Shown here: positions 25,446 through 38,117 of the stretch, in pieces | Position numbering within the stretch: the first letter of the stretch is position 1 | Layout: the number at the start of each line of letters is the position of its first letter | Assembly (NCBI RefSeq): GCF_963921235.1 | Contig: NC_086108.1 | Location: forward strand, 22,630,001 to 22,694,000 | Source of the DNA: Mobula hypostoma | Taxonomy: Eukaryota | Length of the DNA: 64,000 bases | Reading direction: 5' to 3' | Notes under the pieces: generated by a model | Databases searched by the model: none | What the model was told of the DNA's origin: nothing | What the model saw: the letters and a program-made list of their open reading frames with translations, nothing else | Made by a program: the position numbers and the translations under genes

Positions 25446-26277
25446 TCATGGGTACCTTAATCACCAATCTGATGCACACGTAGATGTGAATCGCTGATCA
25501 AATTTACAATAAGACCTGAATTACCAATCCAATTCACAGTCCTGTATTAAATCGTCATTTCCTTATTGAATCCTGCTGATAGCATTCAGGCCTGGTGTCT
25601 TGCACCTTCGATCACCTCAGTGCTTTTGTCTGCCTCAGCAAATGTTTCTCGCTTTATTAATGCATTGTTTCTAATCCCAAGGAACACTCTAGCATTGATC
25701 AGGATGATGTAATGCCAACTGTGTAACTAACATTACAGGAAATGCTTACCTTTTCTGCAGCTGCCCTTTGAGTGCCTCATTGTCAAGCCCTACAGTGTGT
25801 CTTGGCCAATCTGCTGTTGTTGAGACAGTGGTTGCTGATGACATAGGGCAGCTAAAATTCAATACCTGGAGCATATTTACACATCAAAAGATATGTAAAG
25901 CAACACTATTACTACTTAAAAATCCAATTCCCATTGAAGCTGCTGAACAGGCTATTTAACTACAACACTGGATTGAGTTCTTACTGCAGAGTTTATTTTG
26001 ATAGGGTTACTGTTCCCAAGAATACACAGGTTATTTGTGCTCTCTGGAGTATGCACTCTCTGTGTGGCAAGTATAAAGCTGGCATTATACCATCTGATTA
26101 TGTACTAGGTTGTTCTGTGGGATAATTTAAAAATGAAAAATGCTGTTTAGTCTAGTGCTAAAATATGTACTTAGCCTGCATTCTGTGGACCTGGTAAAGG
26201 AAGGTGATTGGGTGGTTTGGGAATAACAGAGGGAGAGGAAGGGATAATAGTAGATTTGCAAGAAAAGAGGTAAACGA

Positions 26278-26620
26278 GGGGCATGGTGGCACAGATAGCA
26301 GAACCACTGCATCACAATACCAGAGATCCAGGCTCAGTTCTGATCTCGTGCTGTCTTTGTGAAGTTTGCACGCTCTCCCTGTGGCTGGGTGGGTTTCTTC
26401 CGGGTGCTCCACTATCCCCCATCCCAAAAATGTGGGGCTCAGAAAGTTAATCAGCCACTGTAAATTGACACTAGTGGTAGAATCCGGAGGTAGTTGGTGG
26501 GAATGCGTGGAGAACAAAATCTGGGACTAATACAGAATTGGTGTAAATGGGTGGTTGATAGTTGGTGCAGACTCAATGGGCCAGAGGGCAGGGTTTCTAT
26601 GCTGTACATTTCATTGACTT
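26278..26620 (+). mobile_element. tRNA-derived V-SINE (HE1-like)
   Basis: GGCATGGTGGCACAG head; central TGTGAAGTTTGCACGCTCTCCCTGTG..GGGTTTC..CCGGGTGCTCC; CR1-like tail. Confidence 0.7.
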
Positions 26621-26698
26621 CATGGCACGATCAGTGGATAGCAAATCAACCTCTTGATTTCCGATGTGAAATCTCCACCTCATTTGTTTACCCCACAG

Positions 26699-26814
26699 AT
26701 GACAACTGTCAGGATAAAGTGACGGCCAACTGTGCTCTGGTGCTGAAGGTGAAGCTGTGCACACACTGGTACTACAGGAAAGCCTGCTGCAGATCTTGTA
26801 AGAACAGGGCATAG
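26699..26814 (+). CDS. ADAMTSL2: ADAMTSL2-like terminal exon, PLAC domain (DNCQDKVTANCALVLKVKLCTHWYYRKACCRSCKNRA*)
   Basis: CCCCACAG acceptor; phase 1 completes G|AT (Asp); PLAC cysteine pattern; TAG at 26812-26814. Confidence 0.93.
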
Positions 26815-28317
26815 ATCCACTGACAACTCAGTCCTGCAGGGAAGCTATAGAAAATTGGTTGGGAGGCAAGGTAAACCAGAAACAGTCCTCTGAACCAAGC
26901 TCAAAACAAAATCACAGCACATCCACCATAACTTATTGGAGTCACAAACTTTTACCACTCATCCTCTTTTCTTCTTAGTTCCCAAGGTTGGCAGTGTGTC
27001 TTGCCTTATTTCCCAATCCCAGATTCCACTAGTTCCTCATTCTGCCCCAGTTCTGAGGTCTGCCCTCCTCAGACAACGGGCCTCGGACATGGACACGGAC
27101 ACATTCAAGTGTCGTCTTCACTCATCAGGGCCGTGGGCTTTAATCCAGAGCTCTCCTGTGACCCATCTTCCAAAACAGCCAGCACTCCTGCTGTCCCACT
27201 GCCAGCTCACTGTGTAACGCTGTGGAGCAGTCAGTGTTGTCTGAGTGAGAGATGTGGAGTCTGGGTTGAAAGGATTAGCTGCTATTTGACTATTTCTAGT
27301 GATCTTTTAACAACAGTAATTCCATGATATTCACAGGCAGTAAAATATCATAAGGAGTCTTTGGCCTTTGTGATGACAGGTTTGTAAATAATAAAAGTTA
27401 AATGTTTAAAAGCTGACCTGGTACTAATTTGAATACCTTGACATCTCCCACCATTTGCAAGTACTGTATTAGATATTGTTTACAAGCATACCTAGAGCCA
27501 GAGAGTTAATATTGTACCAAGGTTTCTTCAGTCTCTCTACTCTTCCACATACCTACTTCCCTCTCCAGCCCTCAGAAGAACTTGAGAATGCATTTTGTCT
27601 CCACTGCTCTGCAACCCAGGAGTGTGAAAGAGATGCAGCCTCTCATTTTTGACTCCTTCACTCTCCATCCTGTCCATTCAGCCTTGTAGTGTCCCACAGC
27701 AGCATGCCTGAGTTTGGGAATTTGTGGTTGAGGCTGCACCCTAGCACTGAAGGTCCCACGATGCACGGCACTGCTGACATACTTGCTCCCTAAAGATAAT
27801 ACACAGCAGGTGTAAATAGCAAGAGGGATTGTTGGGGGGAGGTCTGCTTCTGTGTTCAGTGTACTCTTCCCAGTTAACGACTTGACAATCACCTTAGACT
27901 GGAGGAGGAGGAATGAATGAGTGAATAGACACACACATGCAGGACAGCGTTTTATTGTAGGCAAGCAGGCCCTGCCCAGTGGCACATCTGGCAAGTGACA
28001 ATGTGACTCCCTTTTGCATGCATTTTGGTTGCAAGTTTGCTTGCAGTCGGACTGTAAATGATGTGAAAATTTTCTACAGTTTAAGCTGCTCCTGTTTCTG
28101 CTTTGGAAGGTAAAATTAACATTCCTTTTAAATCTAAGTTTGTGTTGTGGCACCTTCAATGCTAGGTTGTATTTTGGTTAAATCAACGTAGCTTTAATAT
28201 CTGATGACAGTGAATGGATGCTTCCGAGTGCTAATTGTACAGCAGCCCTTTAGAATAATTTTACAATGACAGATCATTGATGTACTGTAGCTATATTATT
28301 AGAAACAGCTGTACAGC

Positions 28318-28323
28318 AATAAA
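28318..28323 (+). promoter_or_regulatory. Probable polyadenylation signal of the ADAMTSL2-like gene
   Basis: AATAAA followed ~22 nt later by a GT/T-rich tract (GTTGATGTTTTGTGTTTG), at the end of 1.5 kb of repeat-poor UTR-like sequence. Confidence 0.6.
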
Positions 28324-29649
28324 TGACACCTGACTTCTGGAGCAGTTGATGTTTTGTGTTTGCTTGGATGGAATGGGACAGTCTGGATCTCTCCCGGAGG
28401 GAGTCTCCATTTCATGTCGGACACATCGGGGTGATCCCAGGTGCGTTTGCTGGTCAGCAGGAGCGCCAAAACTTGCTTCGTCTTCTGCCCAGAGAGTGGA
28501 GAAGAGATGTGAAACCGTCTCTTCTGTAATTGCTGGTGTGTGACGAGTTCAGCCTGGTCTCAAGTTTAAACTGGTTCTGACATTGGCAGAAGCATTTCTG
28601 GGCATGCTTTTCCCACTGTTGTCTTTCCAGAGCTGAGCACCTTGCTTAGGTGACCAATCAGGATGATGTCCCAATTACTCTTTTAACGTGGTCATTTCCA
28701 AAATTTAATACCAAGAGAGATCTGAGTGTAGAAACAAACCCTTTGATTCACTGAAGGGAAAGCAAGGGATCTGGATGCTGGACAGGTGAAGAGAACTGAA
28801 TGCTGAGTTTTGGGACATGGGGAATAGGTGGGTGAGAGTGGGGAATAGTAAAGTGTGGAGGGTGACTGGGTGGTGGTGTGGTGCAGAGGGCGACTGCAGT
28901 GGATGAGAAGGGAGTTGGATGGGACTAGTGGGGCAGTCTGAAAGCCCATGATTAGGAATGACAGGGACTGTGGATTGAGGAGATTAGGGGATGGAGAGAA
29001 AGAAAGGAAAATGAGGGTCAGATGGGGTTGGGTATGACGAGCTACTTTTGGGAACTGAAGGGAGAAAGGAGCAGTGGGTTTGCATGGGAACTGGAGTTGA
29101 AGTTGAGGTCTGGTGGATGGCCAGAGGACAAAAAATGTGGTGGGGATGAAAAGTTCCACTGAAGGGGCAGGAGTAAGTCACCACGCCCCTCAGAATAATA
29201 ATTGATATACTTTAATCTCACTCCTTTTCCATGCCAGTTCCCTATAATCCTCAATTCCTTCAAGTTTGAAATATCTGTCTACCTCCACCTTAAATCTGTC
29301 TCATGATCAGGCCTTTATCACCCTCTGGGTCAGAGAACTACGGAGATTCACTACCTACTGAGAGAAGAAATCATGATGCACCTCAGTGTTAAATGACTGA
29401 CTTGCTTATCTGATGGCCATATCCACTTGTCTGTGACTCTCCCAGAAAGGTGAAGATGAATGAATTTCAGATTGTTAAACCATTGGATGGTTCAACATTT
29501 GAGATTCTTCAGAGAATTTCCAGTATTAAGATGATCATAGATGGGAGCTTAACATCTAAGGATACACCTTCTATCAAAAGGACAGGCAGGTGGGCAGAGG
29601 GGGTGGAGTGGCTCTTGGTAAAACATGAAATCAAATCCTTAGAGAGGTG

Positions 29650-30165
29650 ACAGCAGCTTTGGATCCATATCTAAGAAGAGATGCGCTGGCATTAGAGAGG
29701 ACCCTGAGGTAATTCATGAGAATGATTCCAGGAATGAAAGAGTTAACTTGAGCATTTGATATCTCTGGGCCTGTACTCACTGGAGTTTAGAAGAATGAGG
29801 AGGAGGAGGATCTCATGGAAACCTATCGAATTTTGAAAGGCTTAGAAGTAGATGTGGAGAGGATGTTTCCTGTAGTGGGTGAGTCTAGGATCAGAGAGCA
29901 CAGCCTTAGAATAGAGGGACATCTATTTAGAACAGAAATGAGGAGGAATTTCTTTAGGCAGAGTGTGGTGAATCTGTGGAATTCATTGCCATGGACAGCT
30001 TTGGAGACCAAGCCATTAAAACGGAGGTTAATGGGTTCTTGATTAGTCAGGGCGTCAAAGGTTATGGGAAGAAGAGAAGAGAGTGGGGTTAAGAGTGCTG
30101 TGATGAAATGGTGGAGCAGACTTGATGGGCCGATTGGTCTACTTCTGCTCCTGTCTTATGGTCTT
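29650..30165 (+). mobile_element. CR1 LINE 3' fragment
   Basis: ETYRILKG..DVERMFP..RTEMRRNFF..VVNLWNSLP; tail TCTTATGGTCTT. Confidence 0.85.
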
Positions 30166-30855
30166 GTAAGGAGTGAGGAGAAAATGGGAAAAGCTGGGAT
30201 TTTGGAAGTTAAAATGCAAAAGGCACGGTATGGGTGTGGGTGTTGGGTGGGGGAGATTGAATCGTTTTCCTGCGTGCTTGGTCTCCAATCACTCCAGTGT
30301 GTTATGAGCTGAGTTTAGGATGTTGTGGCCCAAGTACTGAGTGTAAAGTTATGAGAATGCTGCCCTTTGTATGATCTTTTTGATTTGTGTTGCTCTGTGA
30401 TACCCCCCTTTTGACTTGTGAACCCTGGGGCTGCGCACTCAGAGGATATCCCCTTGACACACTGCACAAATGCAAACCAGAAGTGTTTGGAAAAAATCAC
30501 ATGGATGGCTTCTCTGGCTTCTTAGAAAGGAGGAATTTATCAGCAAGCTTCCATGGACAAAAGTCTGCTGAGAAGCTCCAGAGTTGCCCATAAATTGTGC
30601 AAGATAAAGGTTAATGTGATCCTGAAAGGTTTGATTATTTTGCTTGGGTAGCGGGATAGCCTGATGGGAATGAAGATATCTACGGCTCCTGGGTTTTCTT
30701 GACTTTCTAGGATGCTACAGATTCACCTTTACAATTGTCTAACTCTCCATCCCAACCATGCTAATTACACCGTTTGTTCAGTTTGGTCTGGAGTTGGCCT
30801 GTCTGAACTGACTGAATTTCTGCCGGTGGAGCAGGAATTTTTAAAGCAATCCAAT

Positions 30856-31227
30856 TGTGGGATCCATAGTAATGTGGAGCATATTAATGGACACTGGATA
30901 CCCTAATTTTCTTATATTCATATTATTTTTATTGCTTTGGTTTGTTATTTTGTTCATTCACAATTTGATGTTCAGTTGCACTGGCAACGGTAATATTTTA
31001 GTGGGTTGGTTGATGTTACAAGGGGCAAAGCTTATACAGGCACTTGGGGCAGCTGGGGGTCCTGGGGGGCACGGCAGGGCGCACGTGATGGAGTAGACGG
31101 AGACGCCCCCGCAGCATGCATGGTAAGCTGATGCGCTTGTGTTCCTGTATTTCCAGAAAGGAAAATAAAGATGTTATTTTAAACTTCTGCACGCCTGCAA
31201 GTCCCTTTTGTGTCCAAGTGTGCAACA
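30856..31227 (+). repeat. 5' LTR (372 bp)
   Basis: TGTGGGATCC...GTGTGCAACA, direct repeat of 37613-37997; AATAAA at 31164-31169. Confidence 0.95.
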
Positions 31228-31233
31228 AATATT

Positions 31234-31251
31234 TGGTGCTGAAACCCGGGA
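31234..31251 (+). promoter_or_regulatory. Primer-binding site complementary to the tRNA-Phe 3' end
   Basis: TGGTGCTGAAACCCGGGA versus the expected TGGTGCCGAAACCCGGGA (17/18). Confidence 0.8.
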
Positions 31252-31348
31252 AAATTAACGTCGCTCAGTGTGGCAACAACGAGGACACGGATCACGTTTT
31301 ATTGACAGCGGGAGCGCGCAGCTTCGGGGTGCGGCTGCTTCACACATA

Positions 31349-34300
31349 ATGGATCTGGAGGAGTCGGCAGAGACCTTGTCTCAGAGACTATGGCTTTTGC
31401 CACTGGATCAGCTCAAAGAGGTGTGTGTGGAAGCCAAGATCCCATGTGAAAATGTTACCACAAGGCAAATGTTAGTTAAACTAATTACTGAATCTATGGA
31501 CAATGCAATTAATGATGAAGAGGAGGATGTTGTGAAGTGTTATCTAAGGACAATGATGGAATCAGTTGAGCAAATGAAAGGAAATACTGGTAATGGGGAA
31601 AAAACAGACAACACAGCACAAACCAGCCAGAGAACAGCTGAAGAAAGGAGCTTGGCAGAAAAATACATAGAGCTCCAGCTAAACAGTCAAGCTCTGCAGG
31701 ATGAAGTTAGGAGGTTGAATGAAAGGGTGAACAGTGCACTTTCAAGTCAAGTTTCAGCTCCACAAAATGTGCTGCCTACGGCTGTGAACCGGCTCCCGGA
31801 AGTGACAATAAGGAGAGAATTCAATATCGGGTCAGATCGGGGAAAAGGGACAGAAGGACAAACTCTCATACACAAACCTGATGCATCAGATTGACAGAGG
31901 CCTGAGTAGGGGACACAGTGAGGCTGAGGTCATGGAAGCAGTGATCAAGTCAATCAGTCCAGGTTTGAGTATTCGTGATATGCTTGAGATAAAAAGTGAC
32001 CTTATCTTTCCTCGACTGAAGACAATATTAAAGGGACATTTCAAGGAGGACAGTTTTACGTACAGATTTATACCACAGACTGGTAAACATAACACAAGAC
32101 AGTGGTGAGTCTCCCCAAAATTTCCTATTTAGAGCAATTGATTTAAAAGAGAGGCTGTTACTTGCTTCAAAAGAAGTAGGGTCAGTCGAACAGTACAGTC
32201 CCGAGCTCATCCAGAAGAGATTCTTGAGGTCAGTTAGTCCTGGGCTGTCAAGTGACCATATCAGGTTTCAGCTTAAGCCTTATCACGACGATCGGAGAGT
32301 GACAGATGAAAATACTCATCGACAGGATGAATGAAGCAGCCACTGTTGAATCAGAAAGACTGTCCAAGCAAAGAAAGAATACGAGCAGCAGAGTCCCAAA
32401 AGTAAGTGAATTACAGACAGAAATGCAGAGCAGTCAGCAGAGTCAGCAGCCAAAGCCAGGGTGGGGGTTCTAGAGCAGTCAGATGAAGTTGTGAAGCCTA
32501 AGAGCCGTAAAGCACCTGCTGTAGCTCGTTCAAGAGACACAGAGCTTTATGAAGCAGTCAGGCTGCTGAGAGAAGAAATGGCTGAAATAAGGAAAAGCAT
32601 ATCTAACTCTCAAGGACCCACCTGCCAAGGAAGAATGAGTGTTAGAGGATGTAAAGCATGTCAGGAGCAGGGAACAGGTAACCAGTGTGAACACTGTTTC
32701 AAGTGTGGGCAGATAGGGCACCTCTGGAGGGGCTGTAGAGGACAAAGAAGGCTGGCAGGGAAATCTGACGGCAATGTGACAGTCCGGCCTGTCACAATCC
32801 CAGAATCATCAGCTCCAAGCCCAGCTGGACCAGGTGACAAGGTGCAGGAGTTTCTTTGTGAGAGAATCGGGCAGCTGGAGGCGGAGTTAGAGAAAATTGG
32901 GAAGGCTGAACAACAGATGGTGGGTGCCACATACACCAGTCATCTCTCTTTACGCCACCAAGCCAAGCTGACAGCTCTCATCGGGAAGAAGTGCACGGTG
33001 GATTGTTTCTTTGAGGGAGTAGCAACACAAGTATTATGGGATACCGGCTCACAGGTCGCTATTATTAATGAAAAGTGGAGAGAGTCCTGTTTTCCACCCA
33101 TCGGGGTACGGAACATAGGTGAGCTCCTGGGTGAGAACGAGAAACTTGGGGGCAAAGCAGCAAACCAGACACCCATACCCTTTGCAGGATGGGTTGAGCT
33201 GAAGTTGAAGTTGGGATCACGTAGGGGCCCAACGCCAGAGCTGCTTGTGCCGGTGCTTGTCTCCAATGAGCCCGGAGTAGCAGAGCCACCGATCATCGGC
33301 TACAATGTCATCGAGCAGCTGGTGATGAATGGGATGGAGCAGCATCCAGAAGTTACACCTGCTGTGGTAACAGATGCTTTTTCCATTGACTGCAAAAAGG
33401 CAAATGAGTTGATCCACATAGTGCAGAGCGGTAACCAGAATGACAAGGAGGGCGTGGTGAGAGTTGGAAAACTAAAGACAGTGATTCCGGCAGGCCAGAC
33501 CAGAGAGGTTAAGTGTAGTGTGAGGACAGGGCCCCTTTCCGCAAAACAGGAAGTTCATCTTGAACCAGATGAGGTCCCAAAGTGGCCAGAAGGGTTGAAC
33601 ATTACTGACACCGTCATCTGCCTGCAGAAGGGAAATTGGTGTAGGGTAGCTATCTCCGTCACTAATGACAGCAACCACGACATTACTGTCACCCCTCACA
33701 CAGTGCTGGGATAGCTACAGCAAATCAAGGCTATTTGCCCAGTAGATGTAAGGCCAGTCAATGCCAGTGTAAGCACAGCAAAAACAGCCAGTGCTCCTGA
33801 GAATCACAAAGAGAAACACAGACAGCTGGACACATACAAACATGAGTCAAGGGACCCTCCAGTGTCTGTTGATCACCTGACTCCAGACCAGCAGGAACAG
33901 GTGAGACAGATGCTGCAAGAAGAGTGTGCTGCATTCTCAAAAGACAAGTGATGTGGGATGCATTCCATCTCTGCAGTTAAAAATCAGACTGAGTGACACA
34001 ACTCCTGTAAGGCGCACCTACACTTCTGTACCCAAACCACTCCACAAGGAGGTGAAGGAATATGTGGAGGACCTACTGAATAGAGGATGGATTCAAAAAT
34101 CCCAGTCCCCGTACTCATCACCAATAGTCTGCGTCCATAAGAAGGATGGGAGTTTATGTCTGTGCGTGGATTACCGTGAGCTGAACGGAAAATCCATCCC
34201 TGACCGTCACCCCATCCCTCGAGTGCGAGATATGTTGAACAGCCTGAGTAGGAGTGTGTGGTTCTCGGTACTGGATCAGGGCAAGGCGTACCATCAGGGT

Positions 34301-37300
34301 TTCCTTGAGGAGAGTAGCAGGCCACTTACAGCCTTTATAACACCTTGGGGCTTATACGAGTGGGTAAGAATCCCCTCGGGCCTGTCCTCGGCCCCAGCAG
34401 AGTTCCAGCGCAGTATGGAGGAGTGCCTCATGGGTTTGAGAGATGAAACATGTCGGCCATATTTGGATGACAGTCTTGTCCACAGCCAGTCTTTTGAAGA
34501 CCACCTGCGGGATATGAGAGAGGTGTTACGTCACTACCAAGCACATAGGGTAAAACTGACAGCTAAAAAGTGTGAAGTGTTTAAAGACAAAGTGAAATTC
34601 CTGGGAAAGATTGTATCCAAAGATGGCTACTGCATGGATCCTGCTGAGATAGCACCAGTACAAGCACTCAAAGACCGCAGGCCTGAGACTGTGGGAGACC
34701 TGAGGAAAATACTAGGGTTCCTATCGTACTACCGTCCATATATCCCAAACTTCTCACGCATTGCCAAGCCGCTGTACAGTCTGTTAACCACCGAGAAGAC
34801 CCCAGGAAGTAAGGTCCAAGGATCAAGTGCAAGTAGGAGCAGGGGGAAACGCAAAGAGTCAGACCAGCTACCCCCAAGCCAGCCGATCACCTGGACTGAG
34901 AAACACCAGGAAATGCTCTGCCAGCTGTTAGAGTACCTGCTGTGCCCACCAGTCCTAGGTTACCCCGACTTTGAGAAGCTTTTTGTATTGCATTGTGATG
35001 CCTCTCAGGAGGGGCTGGGTGCAATACAGTACCAGAGACAAGGTAAGCTGGTCGTCATAGGTTATGGGTCGAGAACACTAACTGCACCAGAAAAGAATTA
35101 CCACCTCCATTCTGGAAAGCTAAGAGTTTTTGGCAATGAAGTGGGCCATTTGTGAAAAATTTTGTGAGTATCTATATTATGCGCCCTCATTCACTGTCTA
35201 CACTGATAATAATCCCTTAACCTATGTTTTGACCACAGCGAAACTGAACGCCACAACGCACCGGTGGATTGCGGAGTTAGCTGACTTTAATTTTTCGATC
35301 AAGTATTGGCCTGGGAAAGTTAGTGGAGACGCGGATGGCTTGTCACGGTTGCCACTTGATATGGAGCAGTACATCTGCACATGCTCACAGGAAATGGAGC
35401 CAGAGACAATAACAACTGTCACACAGGCACTCCAACTCGAATCGCATGAACATGAGCCCTGGTTGTGTCCAGCCACCATCACTGCAGCATGTACTGATGT
35501 AGAGCATGAAAGGCTAACTTCCACCGTGGCAGAAATCTCCCCTAAGAACCTAAAGGAAGCACTAAAGGATGATTCAGCCATTGGCAAGGTGCGAGAGTAT
35601 GTCATGACTGGACAGTGGCCTCATCAAAGGGGAAGAGACTGGCGTGCTGCCACCTCTGTTTCAGTAAGGGAGAGAAACAAGTTGTATCTCAACAAAGACG
35701 ACATCCTGTACAGAAAGTCAGCGGCTCAAGATCAACTAGTGTTACCTAAAACATTCCATCAGCTGATATACAAGGAGCTGCATGAGGAGGTGGGACACCT
35801 CGGAGTGGAGTGGACATTTAGCCTGATCCATGAGCGATTCTATTGGCCTCATTATGCAAAGAGATGTCGACCATTATGTGACCAAGGTGTGTAGCTGCCT
35901 GAAGCGGAAGTGCCTGAACAAGCCAACGAGAGCACCACCGGTTAATGTAGTAACCACATATCCTTTTGAGATGGTTTCAATTGATTACCTGCATCTGGAA
36001 AGCTGTAAAGGAGGATATGAGTGTATACTGGTTGTCATCGATCACTTTACGCGCTTTGCCCAGGCATACGCATGTACCAGCAAGTCAGCAAAAACTGCCG
36101 CTGAAAAGATCTTTGGAGACTTTGTGCTCAAATTTGGATTTCTGGCTAAGTTGCATCATGATCAGGGCAAGGAGTTTGAGAATAAGCTGTTTTCCAAGCT
36201 GGAAAAATACTGTGGCATCCAAGGCTCACGCACAACACCTTACCACCTGGCTGGAAACGGTCAGGTTGAGAGATTTAATGGAACACTCCATGCTGAGAAA
36301 CTTGACAGAGGAAGCCAAGTCAGATTGGAAGAGCTCCTTAGCCAAGGTCGTACATGCGTATAACTGTATGCATAGTGAAGCAACAGGTAGAGACGTTATG
36401 TTTGGCCTGACACCGTGACCAGAGTACCTCTCACAGCAAATATGCCAGTAAGTGGAGAAGGCAGATGCAAGAAGCATACAGGCTGGCATCACAGACAGCT
36501 CAGAGGGAGCAAAATAGAGCAAAGAAGCAGTATGACTGGAAGACTTATGGAGTGGAACTACAGCCAGGGTGTAGAGTATTAGTGCGGAACTTCAGGGACA
36601 GAGGAGGACCCGGGAAGCTCTGGTCTTATTGGGAGGAGCAAGTCCACATTCTAACCGAGAGGAAGCACAAGGACAGTCCTGTCTACGTTGTACGACCTGA
36701 GAGAGGCCCAGGAAAGTCTAGAGTCTTACACAGGAACCTGCTACCGCCCTGTGACTTTCTGCCCATGGAAGAAGATGAGCAGGGGGAAAAGAAAATGCGA
36801 AAGGAAAAGCCAAACACAGATAAGAGGAGTGAAAGGTAGGAAAGGCAGAAGAAGAAAGATCCGCACAGTAGTTCAGAGGATAAGAGTAACTGGAGATGCA
36901 TCACCACACGACCAGCAGAGTTATTCGACCCATTCAGAAGCCAGCTGAGAGTGGAAACAGGAGTTCCAACCACAAGCAGCTGACAGAGAACTGGAGCAAG
37001 GCGATGAGGAAGTTGAGTGTCCAGATGAGGGTGAGGAAGATAGGATGGAAGCAGAGATGGAGAATGGAGAAACTGTGGGGGCTGAGCGAGAGGTGTTATT
37101 TGATGAAACAGATGAGATGAGCTCTGAGCAGGTGTCGTCATCTGATGAAGCAGACGAGAGGGAACTTGAGCAGCGGTATACTCCCATAAGAAAGTATCCT
37201 TTCCGACAAAGAAACCCACCCAAGACACTCACATACAGCACATTGGGTCAACCATCAGTCGAACACAGACCACTGATATATAGAAGGACACTGGAACATA

Positions 37301-37305
37301 TGTGA
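31349..37305 (+). pseudogene. Gypsy gag-pol remnant (gag, zinc knuckle, PR, RT, RNase H, IN) with several frameshifts and stops
   Basis: ORF pieces 31268-31894, 32461-33714 (CFKCGQIGHLWRGC, LWDTGSQV), 33926-35155 (YLDD, CDASQEGLGA), 35130-35894 (HEEVGHLG), 35830-36363 (SIDYL, HHDQGKEFEN, NGQVERFN). Confidence 0.93.
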
Positions 37306-37601
37306 GGGATACAGTAGGACATGTGGGTCTGTGTAAAGGGTTATGGGTAGACATAGGGTCAAAAACTTCAGTCCGAGATACATAGCCCGCACAAGTAGCG
37401 GAGTAGCACTTAAGTTATCATCTGGCCAGTGATGCCTGTTGCTGACACGACATAAAGAGGGAGATGTATGTCATGTCAAAGACTGTTGCTGTACAGAGAG
37501 TATCCCGAAAGACTGTCTCCTTTATAACCTACCACTATAACTCACCAGTTGAAGACATGAGTACCCTGGGAAATCTATAATGTTGGGACGACATTCATTT
37601 T

Positions 37602-37612
37602 GAAGGGGAAAG
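37602..37612 (+). promoter_or_regulatory. Polypurine tract
   Basis: GAAGGGGAAAG immediately before the 3' LTR. Confidence 0.85.
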
Positions 37613-37997
37613 TGTGGGACCCATAGTAATGTGGAGCATATTAATGGACACTGGATACCCCCCTAACTTTCTTATATTATGTTCATATTATTTTTATTGC
37701 TTTGGTTTGTTATTTTGTTCATTCACAATTTGATTAATGTTCAGTTGCACTAGCAACGGTAATATTTTAGTGTGTTGGTTGATGGTTACAAGGGGCAAAG
37801 CTTATACAGGCACTTAGGGCAGCTGAGGGGTCCTGGGGGGCACGGGAGGGTGCACGTGATGGAGTAGACGGAGACGCCCCCACAGCATGCATGGTAAGCC
37901 GATGGCTTGTGTTCCTGTATTTCCAGAGAGGAAAATAAAGATGTTATTTTAAACTTCTGAACGCCTGGAAGTCCCCTTTGTGTCCAAGTGTGCAACA
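37613..37997 (+). repeat. 3' LTR (385 bp)
   Basis: Direct repeat of the 5' LTR with roughly a dozen substitutions and several small indels. Confidence 0.95.
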
Positions 37998-38117
37998 CAA
38001 GGCAGTGTTTGCTTTGGAGATAGCTGAATGTCTCAGGGCATTATTGAATAAAATTTGACACTGAGCCTAGGAAATACAACCAAACATTTGGCCAAAGAGG
38101 GAGAGAGGGTAAGTCGA

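Larger units (their letters stand above)
30856..37997 (+). mobile_element. Full-length Ty3/Gypsy LTR retrotransposon with disrupted ORFs
   Basis: Paired TG..CA LTRs, PBS and PPT; gag, CCHC knuckle, protease DTGS, RT YLDD, RNase H DAS and integrase in Gypsy order; flanks CAAT / CAAG (4-bp TSD with one mismatch). Confidence 0.96.

Noticed and set aside
33712..33714. TAG after the protease region as a programmed readthrough site
   Set aside because: The element has many other random stops and frameshifts, so a CAG to TAG mutation is simpler
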